Shown one piece after another: positions 38,573-45,486 of a stretch of DNA of 64,000 nucleotides. The stretch lies in the NCBI GenBank assembly GCA_934131175.1, contig CAKOZD010000007.1, positions 62 through 64,061 of the forward strand. Reading direction: 5' to 3'. Numbering within the stretch: position 1 is the first letter of the stretch; each line of letters starts with the position of its first letter. The notes under the pieces were generated by a model. It saw only the letters and a program-made list of their open reading frames with translations. It searched no databases and was not told the origin of the DNA. The translations under genes and the position numbers were made by a program. The DNA comes from an uncultured Bacilli bacterium (GTDB lineage: Bacteria > Bacillota_I > Bacilli_A > RF39 > UBA660).

Positions 38573-39130
38573 TTGAGTAGTTTAACAACAAAAAAAGCAA
38601 TTGCTTATACATTTAAAGATTTATTAAAAGAAAAGTCATTTTCTAAAATAACTGTTAATGATATTGCAAAAAGATGTGATATTAATAGACAAACTTTTTA
38701 TTATCATTTTCAAGATATAAGAGACCTTGTTGAATGGATTTGTATCGAAGAAGTTGATAGAATTCTTGATAAGAAGAGTGAATTTGAAACGTGGGAAGAC
38801 AAATTCTTATCTGTATTTCATTTAATGGAAGATGAAAAATTGTTTATTACCAATATATATCACTCAGTATCCGTTGAGGTTCTTAGAAAGAATATATCAA
38901 GACTTGTTTATCCAATAATATATGAAGAAATAAGTAACATGGCAAAGAACTTAAACGAAGATGATAAAGTTTTTATAACAAATTTTTATAAATATGCATT
39001 TGTATCTATTGTATTAAATTGGATAGAAAATAATATGAATGAAAATCCTAAAGACATAGTAAACAAAGTAAGTAATTTAGTAACTGGTACAATAAAGCAT
39101 GCATGTCTTGCAATAAATGATAATGTGTGA
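38573..39130 (+). CDS. TetR-family transcriptional regulator
   Basis: TTG start 8 nt after an AGGTGA RBS. The HTH is ITVNDIAKRCDINRQTFYYHF. Confidence 0.8.
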   Translation: MSSLTTKKAIAYTFKDLLKEKSFSKITVNDIAKRCDINRQTFYYHFQDIRDLVEWICIEEVDRILDKKSEFETWEDKFLSVFHLMEDEKLFITNIYHSVSVEVLRKNISRLVYPIIYEEISNMAKNLNEDDKVFITNFYKYAFVSIVLNWIENNMNENPKDIVNKVSNLVTGTIKHACLAINDNV

Positions 39131-39162
39131 TTAACTAGTTATAGGTGATATTACTTGAAATG

Positions 39163-39191
39163 TTGACAAATAAGAAAAAAAGTAGTATAAT
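39163..39191 (+). promoter_or_regulatory. sigma-A type promoter
   Basis: TTGACA, 17-bp spacer, TATAAT. Confidence 0.75.
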
Positions 39192-39223
39192 ATGCGAAAC
39201 AATTGGTAAGGGGAGAGAAGAAT

Positions 39224-40579
39224 ATGAAATTAGAAGAATTAGAAGAAAAAGCTATTGATTTAGCAAATCGTTTTAAAGGAATTAATAATTGGATAGAAAA
39301 TAATAAAGATACAGATCCAAACTTTTCTGAAATGATAGAAGCTTTAGTAGAGTATGGTTCATTAACTGCAGAATTCAATAATTATTATAAAGAGACTGGT
39401 TATCCAACTATTCACGATAGTAACGGAGAAAGAAAAGCAGAAAGTTATGATATGCCAGTACTTTCAGAAAATTTAAAGAAAGTTCAAGATGAAGTATATA
39501 AGATGTTTAGATTAAGAAGTAAAAGCCCTTTCTTTAAAGATAAAATTGCAAATAAATTTGCAACTGATTTAAGTGTTGAATCAACTATTGGAAACTATAT
39601 TATTCCAGAAAATAAAGAAATAGCAGAAAAGAAAAAACAAGTATTAAGAAAAGTTGCAGGAGTATATTTCTATATATGGCAAGTAAAACAAACTAATCCA
39701 AATTATCAATATGATAATGTTACTGAATGGGAAGAACTTCAAAGAAATTATAAGGAATATAAAGAAGCAGTTGGAAATGAAGCAGAAAAATCTTATGAAG
39801 GAAATGTTTTATATTCTGGACCACAATTTGGTGAAGACATTGAAAGAATGTTTGATGTAATTGAAAAAAATTATAAATTTAGTGAAACAAAAGATGAAGA
39901 ATCATCTAAAGAAGAAGTAGAAACTATGGATGAATTAGAAGAAATAAATAAACAAGCTGAAGCGTTAACTAATCGTTTTAGAGGAATAAATAGTTGGATT
40001 GAAGCTAATATAAATACAGATCCAAACTTCTATGAAATGGTAGACTGCATGGTTGAATATGGAAAATTAGTGAAACAATATGATAAATATTATCAAAAAG
40101 CAGGATATCCAACATTTTATAATGGTTCAGAAGAAGTAGAAGCAACACATTATCATTTAGCTCTTGTTTCACCTAAATTAAAAGAGGCACAAAGTGAATT
40201 ATCTAAAATGTGGGATTTAAGACGTAAATCTCCATTCTTTGAAGATGAAACAGTAAGAGAGTTTACAAATGAATTATCACTGAGAGCAAAAATTGCAGAA
40301 TACTATGTTCCAGAAGATAAAGAAATTGAAAGAATTAAAAAAGAAGTTTTATGTAAGACAGCTGGTATTTACTTCTATATTTGGCAAGTAAAACAAACTA
40401 ACCCAGATTACCAATACGATAATGAAGCAGAATGGAATAATTTACTTCAAGCATATGAAATTTATAAAGATGCTGCAAAATATGTAGGACCTCAATTTGG
40501 TAAAGAACTTGAAAAAATGCATGCAGTAATAAATGAAAATTATAAATATAGTGATAATGTTAATAAAAAACAAATGTAA
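39224..40579 (+). CDS. hypothetical protein built from two tandem copies of a ~220-aa module
   Basis: ATG 39224 follows a GGGGAGAG RBS. The two halves align colinearly, for example RF[KR]GIN.WIE.N..TDPNF.EM and AG[VI]YFYIWQVKQTNP.YQYDN. Confidence 0.75.
   Translation: MKLEELEEKAIDLANRFKGINNWIENNKDTDPNFSEMIEALVEYGSLTAEFNNYYKETGYPTIHDSNGERKAESYDMPVLSENLKKVQDEVYKMFRLRSKSPFFKDKIANKFATDLSVESTIGNYIIPENKEIAEKKKQVLRKVAGVYFYIWQVKQTNPNYQYDNVTEWEELQRNYKEYKEAVGNEAEKSYEGNVLYSGPQFGEDIERMFDVIEKNYKFSETKDEESSKEEVETMDELEEINKQAEALTNRFRGINSWIEANINTDPNFYEMVDCMVEYGKLVKQYDKYYQKAGYPTFYNGSEEVEATHYHLALVSPKLKEAQSELSKMWDLRRKSPFFEDETVREFTNELSLRAKIAEYYVPEDKEIERIKKEVLCKTAGIYFYIWQVKQTNPDYQYDNEAEWNNLLQAYEIYKDAAKYVGPQFGKELEKMHAVINENYKYSDNVNKKQM
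39227..40560 (+). repeat. intragenic tandem duplication (~660 bp unit x2, diverged)
   Basis: The second copy starts at about 39926 (MDELEEINKQAEALTNRFRGINSWIE...). Confidence 0.8.
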
Positions 40580-40588
40580 AATATAATT

Positions 40589-40615
40589 GAAAGGTGGAAA
40601 CACCTTTCTTTTTTT
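40589..40615 (+). terminator. rho-independent terminator
   Basis: GAAAGGTG-GAAA-CACCTTTC hairpin followed by T7. Confidence 0.85.
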
Positions 40616-40674
40616 ATACTAAAGAATATAGCATGACATTATCATAAAATGATTACAAAATAATTAAAAAGATA

Positions 40675-40703
40675 TTGAATTAGAAGGAAAAATATGCTAT
40701 AAT
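40675..40703 (+). promoter_or_regulatory. sigma-A type promoter
   Basis: TTGAAT, 17-bp spacer, TGcTATAAT. Confidence 0.75.
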
Positions 40704-40791
40704 ATGCCTCAATTTGGGGAGAAACTTGTAAAAAAAGTGAGAACTCTAGAAGTAAATATTTAAAATAGTTAAAGAAAAAGGGGAAACAAAA

Positions 40792-43695
40792 ATGAAAAAT
40801 AAAAATGATAATATAAAAAATATTTATCAAAAATTTAAAGCAAGTAAAAAATTAGTTGCTGCAGCAGTAATTGCTTTACCGTTAGTATTTTCTATTAGTG
40901 GATGTGCAAAAGGAAAAGATGATACATTATGTTTGGTTGATTTAACAGATGAATTAGAAAATGATGCAAAATTGCTTACAATGGATGAAAGTAGTGAAAT
41001 TAACTTAGAAACAGAAGAAAAAAGCAAATTATTAGCAATTATAGATAAGAATCAAACTAAAGAAAATGATTTATATGAAGTATTTATAATTAATGAGGCT
41101 GGAAAAATATTTAATGGTAAAATGCAAGAAAAGTATTTAGATAATAAGAGTATAGATGAAATAGAAATAGATAAGGATACAGTAAGTAAAGTTTCAAAAA
41201 TATTATTTGATACAAATTTATCTACAAAAGATGACAATTCAAATGAGAACAATTTAAAAAGTGAGAGTTTTGTAATAACGAATTTTAGTGAAACTAAAAA
41301 TATAGATTCTAATGAAAATGAAATTATCTATATTGAAAATAATCAATTAAAAACAGGAACAATTGATTCTAGTAATTTATATGTTTTAGATGATAATAAC
41401 AATAATACTGAAGTAGAAAAATATATTGTTAATGTTGAAGGATTAAATTTAAGAAAAGAAGCATCAGTCCAAAGTGAAAGTGTTGATAAACTCAAGATTG
41501 GAACAGAAGTATTGGTTCTTGGACACGATAATGAAACATCTGATGCTCCTATGGAATGGTGTAATATTGCAGTTAATATAGATGGTAAGATAAAAAGAGG
41601 ATATGTTTGTAAAAATTTGTATGATGGTGGTAAAAAGATAAAATATTTATTAACACCAGAAGAATATAATGAACAAATTAATTCTCAAGAAGAAGTAATA
41701 GAAGATGTTATAGAGCAAGAACAAGAAGAGACTGAGCAAGCAAACCAAAAACCAAAAGAACAAGTATCAAACGTACAAAATAATACAGATAAAATGAATT
41801 TTGATTCGAGAATTTTTTACATTAGTTCGTCAAAAATATTAGAAAATGATTTTACAGAATTAAAAGAAGAAGCATCTACTTTTTCAAGAACTATTGAAAC
41901 TTTGGATGACAACACAATTGTATATATAAAGGCAAATGAAAATTCAAATTATGATTCGTGGATAAAAGTTCACACACTTAATGATAAAATAGGATATGTA
42001 TCGTCTGATTGTATATTTGATAAAGAAACAGGTCAAGCATTATCTAGTTATATAAAAAATAATTATTTTTCAAATGAATCTTCAGAAAAAGTATCTTCTC
42101 AAATTGAGCAACCTGAAAGTTTCTTGAAAAGTGAAAATCAAAATACTAAAGAATTAGAAAGTCAGGAAATAAAAGAATCTGATAATCAAGAAGAAAGTGA
42201 AGAAACCCAAAAAACAAATTTAAGAATATTTTATGTTAATGGTGCTATATCATCTGATGATGGCAGAGTTAATATAAGAAAATTAGCAGACTCTGAATCT
42301 GAACTAGTAGCTACACTAGATAAAGACACTCAAATATATATTGACTATACAGAAGCACTTGACAATGATGGATGGCTAAAAATATCTGGAATAAAGAATA
42401 GTGATGGACAGGATGAAGTTATATCAGGATATGTAAGTTCTAACTTTGTTTTTGATAAAGAGACTGAAAAAACAGTAAGGGAATTTATAGAAGAGAATGA
42501 AGTTGATGAAAATAATTTTTCACACAAAACAGAACTTAAAAAATTTTATGTAGATGGTTCAATCGATTGCGAAAGCGAAATCGTAAATATCAGAAAAGAT
42601 GCAACTGTAAATTCAGAACGTGTCTTAACTATAAATAATGGAACTCAAGTATATATTGATTATACAGCTCCGCTTGATAATAACGGTTGGACAAAAATAT
42701 GTGGCATAAAAACAAAAGATGGAAATTTTGAAAAAGTAGCAGGTTATATAAGTTCAAATTTTATATATGAATATGATGGTGAAAACTCTATAATGGATTT
42801 TGTAAAAAATAATGAATTAGAAAATATAAATAAAAATATAAACTCTGAATCAGAAAACGTTGAAGCACCATATGGTGATTATAAAATTATAGATATTTCA
42901 GAACACAATGGTACTATTGATTTTAAAAAATTAAAAGAAAATGGATATAATCAGATTCTTATTCGTATGTTCGATACATTTTTTATGTCAGATTATAGCG
43001 AAGACTCAATGAATAAAGTTGATCTTAAATTTGAGGAATACATAGAGGAATGTAAAAAATATGATATTGATTACGGCTTTTATATATATTCAAGAGCAAC
43101 TACAGAGAAAATGGCAAAATTAGAAGCAATAAAAGTATTATATTTATTAAATAAATATGATTTAAGACCAACATTACCTATATATTGGGATATTGAATCG
43201 CAAGAAAGTGAACCACTATATAGTGAAGAAGATGGGATAATAAATAAAGATGAAAAATATAGTTCACCAGACTTTATAAATTACTATCCAGAACAAGTAA
43301 TTAATAATTTTTATGCCTTTGCAGAAATACTTGAAAATTCAAATTATAAGGTAGGAATATATTCTGGAGATAATGTTTTAAATACAATAGACCCAGAAGG
43401 TGACAAATTAACTGGATATAGTGTATGGAACGCAAGTTATTGTTATGGAGAAACACAATGTGATTATGATGTTAATTACAAGACAAATAATTTAAAATAT
43501 GCAGGAGATACAGCTATTTTTCAATTTTCAGATACAGGGAGAATAGAAGGAATAAATGGAAATGTGGACTGTAATTATGGGAAGTATGATTATACAAAAG
43601 AAATAAAAGAAAATAATATGAATTATCCAATATCTTTTGATGAAATAAAAAGTAAACAAGAAGAAATATTGTCAGGAACAGAAAAATATAGATAA
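40792..43695 (+). CDS. lipoprotein cell-wall hydrolase: SH3b-like repeats plus a C-terminal GH25 muramidase
   Basis: Lipobox LVFSISGC. Four SH3b-like modules end in GY[VI]SS[DN][CF][IV]F. The C-terminal domain has IIDISEHNGTIDF...FQFSDTGRIEGINGNVDCNY, typical of GH25. Confidence 0.8.
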   Translation: MKNKNDNIKNIYQKFKASKKLVAAAVIALPLVFSISGCAKGKDDTLCLVDLTDELENDAKLLTMDESSEINLETEEKSKLLAIIDKNQTKENDLYEVFIINEAGKIFNGKMQEKYLDNKSIDEIEIDKDTVSKVSKILFDTNLSTKDDNSNENNLKSESFVITNFSETKNIDSNENEIIYIENNQLKTGTIDSSNLYVLDDNNNNTEVEKYIVNVEGLNLRKEASVQSESVDKLKIGTEVLVLGHDNETSDAPMEWCNIAVNIDGKIKRGYVCKNLYDGGKKIKYLLTPEEYNEQINSQEEVIEDVIEQEQEETEQANQKPKEQVSNVQNNTDKMNFDSRIFYISSSKILENDFTELKEEASTFSRTIETLDDNTIVYIKANENSNYDSWIKVHTLNDKIGYVSSDCIFDKETGQALSSYIKNNYFSNESSEKVSSQIEQPESFLKSENQNTKELESQEIKESDNQEESEETQKTNLRIFYVNGAISSDDGRVNIRKLADSESELVATLDKDTQIYIDYTEALDNDGWLKISGIKNSDGQDEVISGYVSSNFVFDKETEKTVREFIEENEVDENNFSHKTELKKFYVDGSIDCESEIVNIRKDATVNSERVLTINNGTQVYIDYTAPLDNNGWTKICGIKTKDGNFEKVAGYISSNFIYEYDGENSIMDFVKNNELENINKNINSESENVEAPYGDYKIIDISEHNGTIDFKKLKENGYNQILIRMFDTFFMSDYSEDSMNKVDLKFEEYIEECKKYDIDYGFYIYSRATTEKMAKLEAIKVLYLLNKYDLRPTLPIYWDIESQESEPLYSEEDGIINKDEKYSSPDFINYYPEQVINNFYAFAEILENSNYKVGIYSGDNVLNTIDPEGDKLTGYSVWNASYCYGETQCDYDVNYKTNNLKYAGDTAIFQFSDTGRIEGINGNVDCNYGKYDYTKEIKENNMNYPISFDEIKSKQEEILSGTEKYR

Positions 43696-43722
43696 AAAGC
43701 AGGTAATTAAACCTGTTTTTTT
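43695..43722 (+). terminator. rho-independent terminator
   Basis: AAAAGCAGGT-AATTAA-ACCTGTTTTT hairpin followed by a T-run. Confidence 0.75.
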
Positions 43723-43731
43723 ATGATTGTA

Positions 43732-43762
43732 TTGACTCTCAAGTTAACTTGAATGATAAGGT
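43732..43762 (+). promoter_or_regulatory. MerR-type promoter/operator (19-bp spacer), same operator as at 11001
   Basis: TTGACT, 19-bp spacer, TAAGGT. The spacer contains the perfect 14-bp palindrome TCAAGTTAACTTGA (43739-43752). Confidence 0.7.
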
Positions 43763-43784
43763 ATCACCCGAAAGGGGAGTTAAT

Positions 43785-44069
43785 ATGGGTTGCAATAGTT
43801 GCAGATTTTTAAATGAAAATAAAAAGAAAGAAGGTGCATGTGGAGCATGCTATTATTGCAGTAAACTAAAAGCATATATAAATGGAGCATATAATCAATC
43901 ATGTGATGATTATAAATATGATTATGCTAAGAAAAATTATCAGAAAGATGAAATATATAAAGATGGAAGAAACTATTCATCAGATAATACTGATATTGGA
44001 ACATATATATTTATTTTAGTGATAATAGTAATATTAGACATAATATTTAATTTCATCTTTCCAATTTAA
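43785..44069 (+). CDS. small Cys-rich (zinc-ribbon-like) protein with a C-terminal TM anchor
   Basis: ATG 43785 follows an AAAGGGGAG RBS. Contains CNSC...CGACYYC and the C-terminal hydrophobic stretch IFILVIIVILDIIFNFIF. Confidence 0.65.
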   Translation: MGCNSCRFLNENKKKEGACGACYYCSKLKAYINGAYNQSCDDYKYDYAKKNYQKDEIYKDGRNYSSDNTDIGTYIFILVIIVILDIIFNFIFPI

Positions 44070-44168
44070 ATATTTCAAAAATGTAATGTATAGTAATATT
44101 TAATTAATGACTAAAAATGCAATATATAGTAAAATACTTAAAGAAAGAAAACTGAAAGGATTAAAAAT

Positions 44169-45266
44169 ATGATTTATCTAACATCTATAAAAATATCATT
44201 CTTAATATTTCCATTTATTGCACTTTTAATAACAATTCCATATATATTAATACAATACCATAAGTATGGATCAATAAATAAATTAAGAGTTTTAATAGTA
44301 TATTCATTCATTTTGTATCTACTAACAATTTACTTTTTAGTAATACTTCCATTACCACCACTAGATCTTGTAAAGAACTTGACATCTCCAAAGTATCAGT
44401 TAATACCATTTAATTTTATAATTGATTTTATAAAAGATAATCCATTGGTATTAAATAATCCAAAAACTTATATAAAAGCACTGCTTGATCCGAATGTTTA
44501 TACAGTACTATTTAATATTATTATGACAATTCCGTATGGAATGTACTTAAATTACTATTTCAAAAAAGATTTAAAAACTGTTATAAAATATACATTTCTA
44601 CTATCATTATTTTTTGAATTAACTCAGTTAACAGGATTATATTTTATTTATCCTAGACCATACAGATTATTTGATGTAGATGACTTAATGATTAATACAT
44701 TAGGAGGAATAGTAGGTTATTTTATAATGAATAAATTAAAAATATTACTACCATCAAGAGAAGAAATAGATGAAAAATCAATAAATGACTCAGTAAATGT
44801 ATCAGTACTCAGAAAATTAACAAGTATTCTAATAGATATATTTATATACATAGTATTAATAACTTTTATAAATATATTTATAAATAATCAAATAATAAAT
44901 TATATAATATTAATAATTTACTTTATAATAATACCAACTATAAATAATAAAACCTTAGGAATGAGCTTTGTTAATATAAAGTATGATGTTGCAAATAAAA
45001 GAATATTAAGAATATCTCTAAGACAAGTAATTATATATTTATATTATATAGAACCTCCTAAAATTATATTTTATTTATTTAATGTATTGAGTATTGAAAG
45101 TAATATAAAAATCGTATTATATATATTAACAATGATCATTTTATTTATAGTTTATTTAGTAAGTATAATAAAATTTCTATTAAAAAAAGATTTATTCTAT
45201 GACAAATTATTAAAAGTAAATATTTTGAGTACTATAAAAGTTAATAAAAATGTAATTGAAGAGTAA
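44169..45266 (+). CDS. VanZ-like / RDD-domain membrane protein
   Basis: The N-terminal half has ELTQLTG...FDVDDLMINTLGGIVGY (VanZ-like). The C-terminal half is a polytopic RDD-like region. Confidence 0.65.
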   Translation: MIYLTSIKISFLIFPFIALLITIPYILIQYHKYGSINKLRVLIVYSFILYLLTIYFLVILPLPPLDLVKNLTSPKYQLIPFNFIIDFIKDNPLVLNNPKTYIKALLDPNVYTVLFNIIMTIPYGMYLNYYFKKDLKTVIKYTFLLSLFFELTQLTGLYFIYPRPYRLFDVDDLMINTLGGIVGYFIMNKLKILLPSREEIDEKSINDSVNVSVLRKLTSILIDIFIYIVLITFINIFINNQIINYIILIIYFIIIPTINNKTLGMSFVNIKYDVANKRILRISLRQVIIYLYYIEPPKIIFYLFNVLSIESNIKIVLYILTMIILFIVYLVSIIKFLLKKDLFYDKLLKVNILSTIKVNKNVIEE

Positions 45267-45284
45267 TAGTTACCATGTTATAAT
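45256..45284 (+). promoter_or_regulatory. strong sigma-A type promoter overlapping the VanZ-like stop codon
   Basis: TTGAAG, 17-bp spacer, TGtTATAAT. Confidence 0.65.
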
Positions 45285-45316
45285 GAAGACATAGGTAAGG
45301 ATGTGGAGAGAAAAAT

Positions 45317-45351
45317 AAAACTAATGCAAGAATAATTGTATTAGTTTTTTT
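45317..45351. terminator. bidirectional rho-independent terminator
   Basis: 13-bp stem AAAACTAATGCAA/TTGTATTAGTTTT with one G-U pair, flanked by A and T runs. Confidence 0.75.
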
Positions 45352-45353
45352 GC

Positions 45354-45451
45354 AAAAAAAAGCGACTGCCTATGCAGTCTCTCAAATAAATGAGTATTTA
45401 GGGTAAAACCTTTATTTTAACTCTCTATGTCATCTTAAATGGTATTAAGAT
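45354..45451 (-). ncRNA. tracrRNA: tracrRNA (trans-activating CRISPR RNA)
   Basis: The minus strand carries a 25-nt perfect complement of repeat positions 9-33. It is followed by GAGUUAAAAUAAAGG (bulge, lower stem and nexus-like, as in the S. pyogenes tracrRNA), a CUCA/UGAG hairpin, and a GACUGC-AUAG-GCAGUC terminator with U8. Confidence 0.9.
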
Positions 45452-45457
45452 AATATG

Positions 45458-45486
45458 ATAATACCATATTGTAGGAGGTAAGTCAA
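45458..45486 (-). promoter_or_regulatory. tracrRNA promoter
   Basis: On the minus strand, TTGACT (45486-45481), 17-bp spacer, TATTAT (45463-45458). The -35 hexamer overlaps the first base of the cas9 ATG. Confidence 0.7.

Noticed and set aside
45381-45394. The palindromic CTCAAATAAATGAG and the GACTGCCTATGCAGTC hairpin upstream of cas9, considered as protein-binding operators.
   Set aside because: They are fully explained as the 3' hairpins and terminator of the minus-strand tracrRNA.
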